Assembly: GCF_004010195.1 (NCBI RefSeq)
Contig: NC_057759.1
Location: 3,126,834-3,190,833, forward strand
Direction of reading: 5' to 3'
Origin: Chiloscyllium plagiosum
Taxonomy: Eukaryota
Length of the DNA stretch: 64,000 nt
In this document: positions 50,141 through 63,189 of the stretch, in pieces
How positions within the stretch are numbered: the stretch's first letter is position 1
How the letters are laid out: the number at the start of each line of letters is the position of its first letter
Program-made: the position numbers and the translations under genes
The notes under the pieces: generated by a model
Told to the model about the DNA's origin: nothing
Database searches by the model: none
Seen by the model: the letters and a program-made list of their open reading frames with translations, nothing else

Positions 50141-50699
50141 CAGGTTCCACCTTCCCAAGTTCTCCCCTCATGTAGAGGTGTGGCGACCGTCAGGTTAGAC
50201 CACAAGCAGTTGTCTCCCAATAGTTACACATTTTTTAAGAGCTTCAATATTTTCTTCAATATTTACTTCTGAAGCGGAACCAGTCACTATCCTGTCTAAT
50301 GATCTTATTCAAGCTGTTGTGAATTTCTGTACTTATTGTGAGTCAGCCATTTATTCACAGCCTAACCTGCAGCATACCATGAGGAAGTCAAATAGTATGT
50401 TGGCCTTCATTGCAAGAAGATAGGAGTTCAGAAGTCGTGAAATTTCATTAAATTTCATGGGGCCTTAGTGAGACTCACGCTGGAGAATTGTGTGTTGGTT
50501 TGGTCTCCTTTCCTCACACAGGACATTCTCGCTAAAGAGGGAATGCTCATCGAGATAGCTCAATAATTCAATGACATCATGGCTGATTTGATCATGCTCG
50601 ACTTGGTATGCACTTATGATGCCGAGGTATGCAAGCCAATGAGCCAGCTGCTGAAAATTCGTATTGGAACGTGATTACATTATTGGAGAGGTAATTACC

Positions 50700-50947
50700 C
50701 ATTGGTAGTATTCATAGATTGTTCATCTAGAGAAAAGTTTGGAATGATGAGTCTAATGGTGACCTAGCAACTGTTGTTGCTTCGTGAAGATATCCATCTG
50801 GTTCACTGCTCCCCTTTACTGAAATCTTCAATTCATGTACTCCATACACTCGGTGATGTGGTTGACTTTCACCTGCCATCTGCGCAGTTAGGGAAGGTGA
50901 TAAATGCTGGCCCATCATTGATGTCTCAACCTATAGCTGAATAAAAC
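50700..50947 (+). mobile_element. SINE of the same family as 35220-35525 and 47550-47845
   Basis: CATCTGGTTCACT...GATGTGGTTGACT...GCAGTTAGGGAAGGTGATAAATGCTGGCCC tail. Confidence 0.7.
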
Positions 50948-51439
50948 AATAGAAATGTTCTTGTTTTCAACTGGCACACATTAGAAGGCCTAAGGGCCTA
51001 GTTTTCTGTGCTGTGGGCCAGTATGAATGTGTTGTTGATGCACTGTCAATTGACATTATGGTGTCTCAGCGCACCTGTTCCCACTGATAGGTGACAGGGA
51101 CGGATTACAGTGGACTAGAATCTCTGCCAAATGTTCCCGTTTTCCGTGCTTGAGCTGAAACATTGAGGTAGAGGTTGGAATAACATCATAACTTGCCCAG
51201 GCTCAGCAGTTAAAAGCGTGCTGTCGCCCTCTAGTGAATCTGTTCTAACAGTGTGACACGATCATCCCCAGGAAAGGAGACATATCAATCTAGGCTATAC
51301 ATTTTGCATATCATGACCATCCAAGAATAACTGTATTAGATCTTCAACGCATCAGCTGTAGTCTTGCCATTTTCTGACGTCCCTTCTCTCCCTGTTAGTA
51401 AGCCAAATCACCATACCAAAGAAGTATTAGTGGCTGATA

Positions 51440-52070
51440 GAATTTAACTATGATAAATACGAGCTGACACAATTCGGAAGAAGAGAAACAAGAGAGTGCT
51501 CAATAAATGGCAGGAGACCAGAAATCCCAGAGAAACAGAAGCATTTTGAGGTGTTCGTCCACAGATCAGTGAAGGCAGCATGAAAGGTTAATTAGTTAAG
51601 GTGGCAAATGGAAAACTTAACTTTATCAATCATGGTGTATAGATTAAAAAAGCAGGGAGGTGATGATGGAGCTGTACAGGACTGTAGTGAGGCTACAGCT
51701 GGAGTACTGTGTACAGTTCCAGTCTCCACACTGTATGAAGGATATGATTACGTTAGACGGTTTCCAGAAAAGATACACCAGGATGTTGCTGGGATGGAGC
51801 AGTTAATTTATGTTGAGAGGTTGGATAAGCTCTGGTTGCTATCTTTGTAGGAGAGAAGTTTGAGGGGGCATCTAATACACATATAAGAGATTCTGTGGAA
51901 TATGAACACGAGGGAATAGGAAGAGGATGTTCCCATTTGTCGAAAGATCAATAACAGAGACCCAATTTTAAAATGCTAGAACTAAGCTTCAGAGTGGATT
52001 TGAGGAAACTTTGCATCAGCCAGAGGGTAGGGTGTGATCGACAGGGATGATTAGAATGCATTGCCTGGGA
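51440..52070 (+). mobile_element. Old CR1 LINE ORF2 C-terminal fragment
   Basis: MELYRTVVRLQLEYCVQF, TRMLLG, YVERLDKLWLLSL. Confidence 0.8.
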
Positions 52071-52074
52071 TGTG

Positions 52075-52935
52075 GGTGTGGGCTGGTTGGCCACCACTTT
52101 TGCCCGTCTCTAAATTGCCCTTGAGAATGAGATGGTAATATGCTTTCTTGGATCTCTGCAGTCCATGTGCTGCAGGTTTACCCACAACGTCATTGTAAAG
52201 AATTCCAATATATTTACCCAGTATCAGTGAAGAACCGATTATGTACTTCCAAGTTAAATGGTGAGTGGCTTGGAGTGGAACTTGCAACGTGGGATGTTTC
52301 TAGGTATCTGTTACATTTGTCCTTTGAGATGGAAGTGTTCATGGGTTTGGACAGTGTTGTCTGAGGATCATTGATGAATTTTTAAAGTTCATTTTGCAGA
52401 TAGCATACTGTTTTAACTTGGTGTTGGTGGTGCAGAGAGTGGATGTTTGTAGATGTGGAACTAATCGTGTTTGTTCCTGGATGGTGTCGAACTTGAAGTG
52501 TTGTTGGAGCTGCACTCATCCAGGAAAGTGAGGAGTATTCCATCACACTACTGCCTTCTGCTTTATTAATGGTAGACAGGCCTTAGGTAGTCAGATGAGT
52601 TACTCACCTCAGTATTCCTTGCTTGTGGCCTGCTCTTATAGCGATTCTGTTTAGATGGTGAGTTTCTGGTCAAGCTCAAGAATGTTGATAGTGAGGGATT
52701 CATTACGGTAACATTGAATGTCAAAGGACAGTGGTTGGAATGTATTTTATTGGTGATAGTCAATGATGGACACTTGTGTGTCAGGAATGTTATTTGCCAC
52801 TCGCCAGCTCAAGCCTGGGTATTACACAGATCTTGCTGCACATGAACATGGACTGCTTTAGTATTTGAGGAGTCACAAATGGCGCTGATCATTATACAAT
52901 CATTGACGATCGAATCTACTTCTGAAATGATGTTG
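52075..52935 (-). mobile_element. CR1/L2-group LINE 3' fragment (family of 11858-15365)
   Basis: SAICDSSNTKAVHVHVQQDLCNTQA, VMEYSSLSWMSAAPT, and the family tail. Confidence 0.8.
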
Positions 52936-53029
52936 GACACCAGGCTGATCTCTGGGACTACGGTAAGAGGAGAGGGTGAGAAGTGTTCGGCCTGCATGCA
53001 TTAACGTTTGGAAGAATGAATTGAGCAAA

Positions 53030-55000
53030 GAACAAAGTAGATTAAACACAGGAACTGGCCCTCCAAGCCTATGCCGATCCTGATCATCTATCTCAACCTG
53101 TCACCTGACTTCTAAAGATCGATATCAATCTACTTCCTACCCAATCATGCATATGTCTAGGCACACTTGAAATGATGCTAAAGTGCCTGCGACTACAATC
53201 TCCACTAGCTATATATTCTAGGCACCCATTATTCTATGTTTTAAGAGGTTTCCACGCATACTTTCCTTAATCTTTTCCTCTTTCACCTTGAACTGGTGAC
53301 CACCAGCAATTAAGTCCCATAATTTGTGAAAAAAAAAATATTGTATTACCCACCACGTCTGTGCCTCTCATGATTTTGAGATATTATCAGGCTCCACCTC
53401 AGCATCTATCTTTCTAAAAAAAAAACTTCATCCACTCAACCTCTTTTCATAGCTAGCACCCTCTATACCAAACAGCATCCTGCCGAACCTCCTCTGTGTC
53501 CTCTACAAAGCATCCATATCCTTTTGGTAATGTGGCAACCGGATATGCACAAAGTATTCCAAATGTGTCCGAAACAATAGTTGGCAGGTCACGTTACGCA
53601 ATACACTGTGCGATGAAGGAAAACATGTCATATGCCTTCTTGAACACTCCACCGACCTGCATTGCCAACTTCATGGTACAATTGACCGGAACACCCAGAT
53701 CTCTTTGCACATCAATATTACCCAGCGCTTTTTCATTTACTGTATAGTTTGCTCTTGAATTGGATCTTCCAAAATGCATCACCTCGCATTTGCCTGGATT
53801 GCCTCCATCTGCCAATTCTCTGTCTAACCCTCCAATCAACTTGTGCACTGCTGCATTCTCTGACAGAACTTTCACTATCTGCTACTCCACCAATCTTCTT
53901 ATGTGTTATTTGGACCACCTAAACTTTCTTCCAGATCATTTATGATTATCACAAACAACAGTGGTCCCAACACGGATCCCTGTGGAATACCTTTGGTCAT
54001 GGTTCTACATTTTGAGAAACTCCCTTCCACAACTACTCTCTGTGTCCTGTTGCCCAGCCAGTTGTCGAACCATTGAGCTGGTACGCTGGACCTTATGCAA
54101 CATCACTTTCTCCACCAGTCTACCATGGAGAACCTTATCAAGGCCTTATTGAAGTCCATGTATATGACATCTACAGCCCTTCCCTCATCAATCAACTTTG
54201 CCACTTCCCCAAGGAATTCTAACGAATTGATAAATCATAACTTTCTCTGCGCAAAATCATATCGCCTATCACTGATAAGCCAATTTTCTTCCAAATATAA
54301 ATAGATCCTATCTCTCAGTATCTTCACAGCAGCTTCACTAACACTGACGTCACCAATCTATAATTGCCTGGAATACGTGGTGCCCTTGTGAAGCAATTGG
54401 ACAGCATTGGCAATTCTCCATCTCAGCTATATTCAATGATGCTGCAAAGATATCTGTTAAGGCTCCAGCTATTTCCCCTCTCACTCCCCTCAGCAACCTC
54501 TGATAGATCCCATCCAGACCTAGAAACTTGTCGACCTTAATGCCTTTTAGAATACAACACTTCCTCTATCCTTATGCCAACTTGACCTAGAGTGATCAAA
54601 CATCTATCCCGAACATCAATATCCTTCATGTCCCTCTCCTCATTGAATACAGATGCAAAGAACTCATTAAATATCGCCCTTTTTCTCTAAGTCCATGCAT
54701 GAGTTTTCTCCTTTGTCCTTGAATGGGCCGACCCTTTCTCTAGTTACTCTCTTGCTGCTTACATGCAAATAAAGGGCTTTGGGATTTTTTTTTTCCGTGA
54801 CCCTGTTTGCTAAAGATATTTCATGACCCCTTTCAGATTGGTCCAACAGTCCCGATGTTGCTCCAAAGCGTCATCTGTTTCAGCCGCCTAGACCTTCTGT
54901 ACGTTTCTTTTTCCTCTTAGCTAGTGTCACAATTTCACCTGTCATCTATGACTCCCTAATCTTGCCGTTGCTATCCCTCATTTTTTACAGGAGCATGTCA
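53030..55000 (-). mobile_element. CR1 LINE ORF2 3' two-thirds
   Basis: KCEVMHFGRSNSR...DVQRDLGVPV; AVDVIYMDFNKALIR; tail AAAGAACAAAG. Confidence 0.88.
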
Positions 55001-55049
55001 CCTTAATGAAACATAGGATTCTTAGGGGACTTGATAGGACGGTATTTCT

Positions 55050-55260
55050 TGGAGTGTCACAGTGGTTAGCACTGCTGCCTCACAGCGTCAGGGACCTGGA
55101 TTCGATTCCAGCTCGGGTGACTGCATGCAGTTTGTAAATTCTCCCCATGTCTACGTGGGTGTGCTCCTGTTTCCGATCACAATCCAAGAATTTGCAGGTT
55201 AAGTGAAATAGCCAGTGTGGACATGTTGGGCTGAATAGCCTGCTTGCACAATGTAGGGGT
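55050..55260 (+). mobile_element. HE1/V-SINE-type SINE (older copy)
   Basis: CACAGTGGTTAGCACTGCTGCCTCACAGCGTCAGGGACCTGGATTCGATTCCAG head and V-domain remnant. Confidence 0.85.
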
Positions 55261-55329
55261 TCTAAGATTCTAAGAGGATAGATATAAATAGGTCTTTTAC
55301 CCTTGTAGGCGAGTCTAGGGTACGGCTGC

Positions 55330-56190
55330 AATAATTATAACAAATTAGAAATTATGCGGAAGACAACCCTGAGCCATAGATGGGCCTGTTCCAGTGTTTA
55401 TTCCAGATACTTGGAGACTGCCATACCTTGCTTGATTCTTCTGCATGAGCATTGATCTGTTTCTCACGTGTGGACTATTTATGAATAACTTCCTTGGCTT
55501 TTCATTCATCTCCGTCCAGTTTGCAATGAAGAGTGGAATAGGTGGAAGTTTCGTTGTTTCAAAATTGTCATAAATAAATTCATTTGTGTTGTTTTGGCAG
55601 ATAGATGATGTCACATACAAATTTCCATTATGTTTAATGAAAATGGTTAAATAAGAAGCAACATTACCAATCGGTACATTATATCCGTTCAAACACATCA
55701 CTTCTGTCTGTATGGTATCTGAAGCTCCGATGAGACCATGCTGAGAAAAAAGGTTGGCTGTTCACTGGGAAAATAGATAATCAACAGTTTGTATAAAAAA
55801 GCAAATTCACATTGTGTAAGGCTTTCTCTCATCATTCCTTTAGGAATGCCCATTCCTTCCATCTTTATTGCGCTGGGTTAAGCCTACCATAACTAAGTTG
55901 TCTCCGAAGTAAGCAATTTAAGAGCTGCTGTACGATGACACCAAGATGATATTAGTACATCCGTCAGATTTAACACTACCTGTACGGGTCTCTATGCAGG
56001 CAGCAAAGGTGCAGTTTCTTCCAACACTAATCTAATACCCCCTGCATTTCTAACTTGCTACATTGTGAATCTGAGCAGGATTGGGTTTCATGGTGGTGTG
56101 AGTCGAAATGTAGGTGTGAGTGAGTCGTCCTTACAAAGCATGAAAACTGATCTTGTTGCTGGACACATAACTGAATTTTCTGAAATCTCT
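55330..56190 (-). pseudogene. env: Putative env C-terminal fragment of the spuma/loki-like ERV
   Basis: Immediately 3' of pol on the same strand. Cys-spaced segment MCPATRSVFMLC (56168-56133); ORF 55345..55701 with NxT/S sequons (NNT, NWT); Trp-rich SKVWQSPSIWNKHW in an adjacent frame, then hydrophobic FVIIIAAV. No CX6CC or ISD motif seen. Confidence 0.5.
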
Positions 56191-56199
56191 AAACTCTGC

Positions 56200-58100
56200 A
56201 AACTATTCCACTCCATTAAGCTTCTCTACATACATTCCACATCCTGTCCTCTGTTGCCAATTTTGCAGAGATGAGCAGCTGTCAACAAAAAAGCTAAGTG
56301 TAATATTTCATTTTCTGAATTCTCTTCGCCAGCACGGCCTCCATTTTATTTGAATGCGAAAGGCCCTTTGGGATCGTTTGCTATCAGCACGTGACATTCA
56401 TGAGGTGTACCCTGTTTAACTGAACTGTCTGCTAACATGATGGTATTTTCAACGCTTTTTACGTCGAAGTCCCTTCTTTGTGACAGCAATATCCATCTGG
56501 CAATCCTATTCTGACTCATTGTACCATCATTAATATGTCCATCCGGCAGCATCTGAATGGATGCATATTCTGTAAGAATTGTCAATGTGTTAACACTACA
56601 ATGTAAGTAAAACATTGTACAGCCCAGAACACAGACAATAAAAGCCTTTCACATGTTGTATCCCCCTGTTCTACTGGCGTGAATATGGGTGAAGCATAGA
56701 ATACTCACCTCAAATGACTATGTACCTCTTACCAATATTGTGGGGTCTGTTACAGCCACTTCCAAAGAAGGTGGTTCCCCTGGGTTTGAGTGTTTCAGAG
56801 CAGGAGAGCTCACCACGCCGTATTTCAAAACTATCATTGCAAGTGTTCTGGCTTCCATTCCCGTGGAACACTTTTCTTAAATGTCATTACTGGTGCTGCC
56901 TTTGTCGTGATAATTTGTTCTATCCAATATTCAATCAAGCCCAAAAACGATCTTATAGCCTTCACATCTGTGGGGAAGGATAGTCGTAATTGTTGTTCCA
57001 ATCTGTGGTTTATCTATCTCCCTCTTGCCTGGTATTAACACCATTCCTAAATAACAGACTTCCTCCATCATTATCTGAACCTTTAGATTTAGATTAGATT
57101 AGATTAGATTACAGTGTGGAAACAGGCCCTTCGGCCCACCAAGTCCACACCGACCCGCCGAAGCGAAACCCACCCATACCCCTACATTTACTCCTTACCT
57201 AACACTAAGGACAATTTAGCATGGCCAATTCACCTGACCCTGCACATCTTTGGACTGTGAGAGGAAACCGGAGCACCCGGAGAACGTGCAAACTCCACAC
57301 AGTCAGTCGCCTGAGGCGGGAATTGAACCCGGGTCTCTGGCGCTGTGAGGCAGCAGTGCTAACCACTGTGCCACCATGCCGCCCACAAATTTATCAGATT
57401 AACTTTGAAGCAAAATATCTTTAATATTTACGACAATCTATTCAGGAACTGGTAATGGTCCATTCAGTTCCCGTTTGTAAAAGCAAATCACCAACATACT
57501 TTATCAGAGAGCCTGACCTAGAAACATCCAGTCACCCATTGATGAAACATTGATGTGGAATTGGGAAATTCCTGTGGTAAAGTCGTCCACTGTGTTTGCT
57601 ATTCTTTAAAGGGTAACGCAAATTTATACTGACCCTCCTTCGTGAATGGGATTGACTAAAATCAATTGTTGATGTCTAATCGTGTAAAACATTGTGTTAA
57701 CTCGCTTCGATTAATTATTGTTTCAAGGCTCGTATTCTCTGTAGGAGCTGCCTTATGTCTCACGTTGTTTGGTTCTTTGTAGTGAACGGTTAACCACTGG
57801 CTCCAATCTGGATTTCTAACTGGCCAAATTGGAGAATTCTCAGCGGAGGTGACAGGTCATAGTACTCCTTGAGTTAATGGACTCTGAAATCCTTTCTCGA
57901 TGTTTCTTTCTGCCTGTTTGGGAAACCAATATTGATTGTGTGGCTTCAGGTCTGGTCCTTCCATACAAGCTTCTGCTTGCATCCTTCCACGATCATGTTT
58001 GCTATTGGCAAAATAATTTTAGTTCGCTGTTAATGTAGCGTGGTCCATTGGATCCCAGTTCACGTCTGTTGAGATAGTCTTTTTCTGAACCATGCTGAGA
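56200..58100 (-). pseudogene. pol: Endogenous retrovirus pol (RT, tether/connection, RNase H start), spuma/lokiretrovirus-like, decayed
   Basis: Minus translation: FANSKHDRGRM..GPDLKPHNQYWFP..TQGVL*PVTSAENSPIWPV (58013-57818); LDINN*F*SIP..QYKFALPF..WTTLPQEFPNS (57680-57555); IKYVGDLLL (decayed YVDD, ~57490); KVQI..EVCYLG..PTDVKAIRSFLGLI; YASPIFTPVEQGDTTCERLLLSVFWAVQCF..NRIARWILL; then a second RNase H start FFVDSCSS..RTGCGMYV (~56290-56225). Confidence 0.85.
57086..57386 (-). mobile_element. HE1/V-SINE-type SINE inserted in ERV RT
   Basis: Reverse complement of the SINE at 12311-12635, with a (TCTAA)n tail. The RT frame reads KVNLI|KVQI across it. Confidence 0.93.
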
Positions 58101-58129
58101 CCAGAGTCCTCGTGAATCGCACATCTAGG

Positions 58130-60870
58130 GCTGTAGACAGGGTTCTAAATAAAATTAGGAGGGGAGTGTTCAGTTATAGAGAAATTTAGAAAACCCGAAT
58201 CAAAAAGGAGTTAAGAGTGCAGAATTCAAGGGAGGTTATTAAAATCTAAACACCGACACAAAGAGAAAAGTGTATCTGGAGAGGTTGAGCAATCAAGCTT
58301 CAAGCACGTTGGGCAAACGAATGACAATGGGAAGAGGAATGGGTACTCCAGGACTGAAGGTGTTATATCTGAAAGTAGGCAGTGTAAGGAATAAGGAAAA
58401 CGAAGTTGTGACGCAGATCGAAAATGGCAGGTATGGCCTGGTGGTCATCACTGAGACGTGACTGCAAGAGGATCAGAATTGGGAGCTGAATATTCAAATA
58501 TATACATCCTAAAGAAAAGATAGGCAGGTGGATATGGTGGGGGTGGGGTTTCCCTATTAGTAAGAAATGAAATTAAATCAATCATTAGTAATCAAGTAAT
58601 GTCAGATGGTCTAGACTCTGTGTGGGTAGAATTGAGGAACCGCATATGTTAAAAAAAAAAATCACAGTTGGAGTCATGTATAGGTCTCCAAACAGTAGTC
58701 AGGAGCTGAGGCGCAAAATATATCAAGAGTTAGAAAAGATGTGTAGAAAACACAAAGCTACAGTGATCATGGGGACCTCAATATATTGGTGTACTGGGAA
58801 ATTCGTGGAGTTAGTGGATTGAAAGAAAAGGAATTTGTGGAATATCGAAGCGATTACTTTTTGGAGCAGCTTGTGGTGGAGCGCTGGAGAGAACAGGCAA
58901 CAGTAGTTTAGAGTTTTGCAATGAGGCTGTCTTGATAAGACAGATTAAAGTGAAGAAACACTTAGGAGGCAGTGATCATAATATGATCGAATTTGCTCTG
59001 CAATTTGAGAGAGATAAAATAGAATTAGAGGTAATTACAGCCGAACAAAAGTAATTACAGCGGCATGAGGGAGGAGCTGTGTAGAATTGGCTGGAAGAGG
59101 AGCTTAGCAGTAAAAACAGTGAAACAGCAATGGCAGGATTTTCTGCGAGTAATACAGGAGATACAGCAGAGATTCATCCCAAGGAAAAGGAAGAGTGGCT
59201 CAGGGAAGATGAGGCTAGTCAGGGATAGCATAAAAGCAAAAGAGAAAGCATATAATGTTGCAAAGTGCAGTGGGAAACCAAAGATTGGAAATCTTACAAA
59301 GACCAACAGAGGGCACAAAAGAACGATATAAGGAGGGAGACGATTAAATATGAGGGTTAAATATAAAAGAAGACTGTAAGTGATTCTTTAGATATATAAA
59401 GGGCAATAGAGATGCAAAAGTGGACATTGGGGCGCTGTAAAATGACACTGTAGAGATCGTCGTGGGGAAAAGGAAATGGCGAAGGAACTGAACAAAAACT
59501 TCACATCAGTCTTCACGGTGGAAGAAACGATTAAGACTCCCAAAAAAATCAAGAACGTGACGGGGCGAGCTGAGTATCGTGGCCATTAACAAGGAGAGGG
59601 TGTTAGAAGAACTGAATAGCTTGAAGGCAGATAAATCATCTGGATCAGATATACCACAGCCAAAGAGTTCTCAGGGAGACTGTTGAAGAGGTAGTGGAGG
59701 CAGTAGTGGTTATTTTTCACGAATTGCTAGAATCTGGGAAGGTCCCAGACGGCTGTAAAATTGCAAATGTGACATCCCTGTTTAAGAAGGGAGTAAGGGG
59801 CAAGACAGAAAATTAATGACTGATGAACCTCAACTCAGTTGTGGGTAGCATTTTGGAATCCATTGTTAAGGGTGAGAGTTCTGAATATGTGGAAGCTTAA
59901 GTTAAAATAGGACAAAATAAACATGGTTTCATCAAGGGGAGGTTTTTACTGACCTTCGAGAATTCATTGAGGAAGTAATGACCAGATTAGACTAAGGAAG
60001 CCAATGGGTATCATTTAATGGCATTCAAGAAAAACTTTGACATGATGTCACACAGGAAACTATTGAGTAACATAGGGCCAATGGTATTTGAGGCAAGATG
60101 CTAGCATGGATAGAAGCTTGGCTGTCTGAAAGAAAGCAGAAATTGGACATGAATGGTTTTTTCTCAGAATGTCTGATAGTGATAAGTGGTGTTGCGCAAT
60201 TTTCAGTTTCAGACTACGATTTTGCATTCAATATACTAACTATATAGATGAAGGAACTGGAGGTATTCTGGCTACGTTTGCAGACGATGTAAACACAGGT
60301 AAAGTGAACAGTAACATTGAATCAGAAGGATTTGTGCAAGTTAAGAGAGTGGACAAAGGAGTGGCAGATGCAGTACAAGGTGGGAAAATGTGAAGTCGTG
60401 CACTTTGGTGGGAAGAATAGATGCATGTTCTATTTTTAACATGGCAAGATTATTCAGAAATCTGAATTTCAAAAAGACTTGGCAGTTCTATTCCAGGATT
60501 CTCTCAACATAATCGTGCAGGTTGAGTCAGCAGTCAGAAAAGCAAATGCAACGATGGCATTTCTTTTGTGAGGACCTGAATAGAAAAGCAGAGATCAATT
60601 TCTGAAACTCTATAATGCTCTGGTAGGACGACATTTGAGATATTGTGCGCAGTGTATTGGAGCGAGTTCAGATGAGAATGGCCCCAGGAATGAAAAGTTT
60701 AACGGAAAAAGAATGTTTGAGGACTCTGAATCTATACTCGATGGAGTTTAGAAAAATGTCGGGAAAACAAATTAAATTATAAAGTACACTGAATGTCTGT
60801 ACAGAGTGAATGTTTTGAAGATGTTTCTCTTGATAGCAGAGGCTATGACTGAGGACAAAGCCTTATAGTA
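58130..60870 (+). mobile_element. Long old CR1 LINE (ORF1 end, nearly whole ORF2)
   Basis: GLKVLYLKVGSVRNKENE..YGLVVITET, VGVMYRSPNS, LGGSDHNMIEF, IANVTSLFKKG, HGFIKG, TFADD. The 3' remainder lies at ~61660-61890. Confidence 0.88.
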
Positions 60871-61660
60871 GAGTCATAGAAATGTACAGCGTGGAAACAG
60901 GCCCTTCGGTCCAACCCGTCCATGACGACCAGATATCCCAACCCAATCTAGTCCCACCTGCCAGCACCCGACCCATATCGCTCTAAACCTTTTCTATTCA
61001 TGTTCTCATCGAAATGCCTCTGAAATGTTGCAATTGTACCAGGCGCTACCACTTCCTCTGGCAGCTCATTCCATACCTGCAAGACCCTCTGTGTGAAAAA
61101 GTTGCCCCTTAGGTCTCTTTTATGTCTTTCCCCTCTCATCCTAAAGCTATGCCCTCTAGTTCTGGACTCCCAGACCCCAGGGAAAATACTTTGTCTATTT
61201 ATCCTATCCATGCCCCTCATAATTTTGTAAACCGCTGTAAAGTCACCCCTCAGCCTCTGACCCTCCAGGGAAAACAGCCCTAGCCTGTTCCACCTCTCCC
61301 TGTACCTCACATTCTCCAACCCTGGCAACATCCTTGTAAATCTTTTCTGAACACTTTCAAGTTTCACAACATCTTTCCGATAGGAAGGAGACCAGAATTG
61401 CACGCAATAGTCGAACAGTGGCCTAACCAATTTCCTATATAGCCGCAACATGACCTCCCAACTCCTCTACCCAATACTCTGGCCAATGAAGGAAAGCATA
61501 CCAAACGCCTTCTTCACTATCCTATCTACCTGCGATTCCACTTTCAAGGAGTTATGAACATGCACTCCAAGGTCTCTTTGTTCAGCAACACTCCCGAGGA
61601 CCTTACCATTAAGTGCATAAGTCCTGCTAAGATTTGCTTTCTCAAAATGCAGCACCTCGA
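60871..61660 (-). mobile_element. Younger CR1 LINE 3' portion inserted into the older CR1
   Basis: ORFs 60948..61451 and 61467..61655 are canonical CR1 ORF2 C-terminus; same subfamily tail as 30068 and 9421. Confidence 0.93.
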
Positions 61661-61889
61661 ATGGGGATAAGGTGAAAATGCTTCAGACGGAGAATGGCCT
61701 CAGTAGGTTTTGGAGGCCAGGAGATTGAGTACTTTTGAGACTGAGATAGATCTTGGATATGAAGGGTTATGGGGAGAAAGCAAGAGAATGGGATTGAGAA
61801 ACGTATCAGCTATGGCTGAAAGGTGGAGAAGAGTTGATGGGCTGAATGGCCTAATTTCTGCCCAAATGTCTTATGGCCTAATGGTCTTA

Positions 61890-62210
61890 ACAGACAAGGT
61901 CTTTTCCCCGGGTAGAGGAGCCCAAGGCTATTGGGAATCAATTTAAGAAAAGAGGTGAAAGATTCAAAATGGATGGAAGGGGCAAAATCTTCATGCAAAG
62001 TGTATTCCGTGTATGGAATGAGCTGGCAAAGGAAGTGGTAGAGGCGAGTGCAATTGCAAAACTTAGAAGGTATCTGGACGAATATATGAATAGGAAGGAT
62101 TTCGAGCATTATGCTTGTAAATGGACCTAGATTTTTATAGGCTACCTGATCGGCATAATTAAGTTGGATGGAATGGTCTATTTCCGTGCTTTACATCTTT
62201 ATGACTGCAT
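61890..62210 (+). mobile_element. CR1 LINE 3' end
   Basis: VFRVWNELAKEVVEASAIAKLRRYLDEYMNRK. Confidence 0.8.
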
Positions 62211-62429
62211 GATTCCATTACATCCATTCGTCAACGGTAATTGATTCTTTAAACTTCTCCATTTTCGTCTCCCACTCTGTTATGACAGAAAACTCTATAT
62301 TCAGGAATATTGAGCTGTCAATTTTGCCTCTCATTTTGCTAGAGTTATAGCAAGCGTATAATGTAACCAAACGTCTATCAGTGTCCTTAATGAGTCTGGC
62401 ATGTATACAATATTCAGTTAGTAACAATA

Positions 62430-62575
62430 ATACTGCAGATGCTAGAATTCAAAGTAGACAGGCAGAAGGACAGAATAACACAGCAAGCCAGCACCATCAG
62501 GAAATGGAGAAGTCGATGTTTCTTGTGTAACAGTTCTTCAGGATTCAAGTGTTCTTCCAGCCTCCTGCCTGTCAT
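62430..62575 (-). mobile_element. Penelope pLTR tail remnant with short inverted copy
   Basis: CTGCAGATGCTAGAAT...GGAGAAGTCGATGTTTC...CTTCAGG is the reverse complement of the pLTR/hammerhead tail. GACAGGCAGAAGG vs CCTCCTGCCTGTC form an inverted pair. Confidence 0.6.
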
Positions 62576-63189
62576 CTTGTTTACAATAATCATTCCATTG
62601 AATTATAAACCGTTCAACCATGTCAATTTCCTTTCTTGGACGCTTTCTAAACCCGTTTTGTTTGACTTTCTATATCACTGAACACATCACTATTAGGGCT
62701 GGGAAGAAATGGGGAGCACAAAATTCCTGACAGCTTCTCACAGTTAATGCAGCAGAATATGATTGAAAGTGATTAGAAAGCTTGGGTAAATATTTGATTT
62801 CTGCTGTCTTCACAAGTTGCAACAACAGTAGCTCTGTAGTTCCATAGTAATTGCACTGCAGCTGCAGTTATTTTTGCGTACGACATATAAAAGAACATTT
62901 CATATTACTTTCAATTAGTGAATTTCTCTTGAATTATTTATTCCATCTGTTACAATACTAATATGACATGTTAGTTATGATCCTTCAAATAATCATTGAT
63001 ATAGATTGTGAAGCGATCATAGATTCACCTATGTAAAAAAAACACACTAAAAGCATTAGAGGAAATGATTCAATTAAAGTTATGAGAGTCTCAAGCTGTA
63101 AAGGCAGTCCTCATCACATTACAGGGAGAATTGGATGACAGGTACAGAAACTAGCAGATATTGGAATGTGGGTTGAATAAGCACATTGT

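Noticed and set aside
57085..57112. Interstitial telomere-like repeat (TTAGA)n
   Set aside because: It is the (TCTAA)n tail of the SINE, not TTAGGG.
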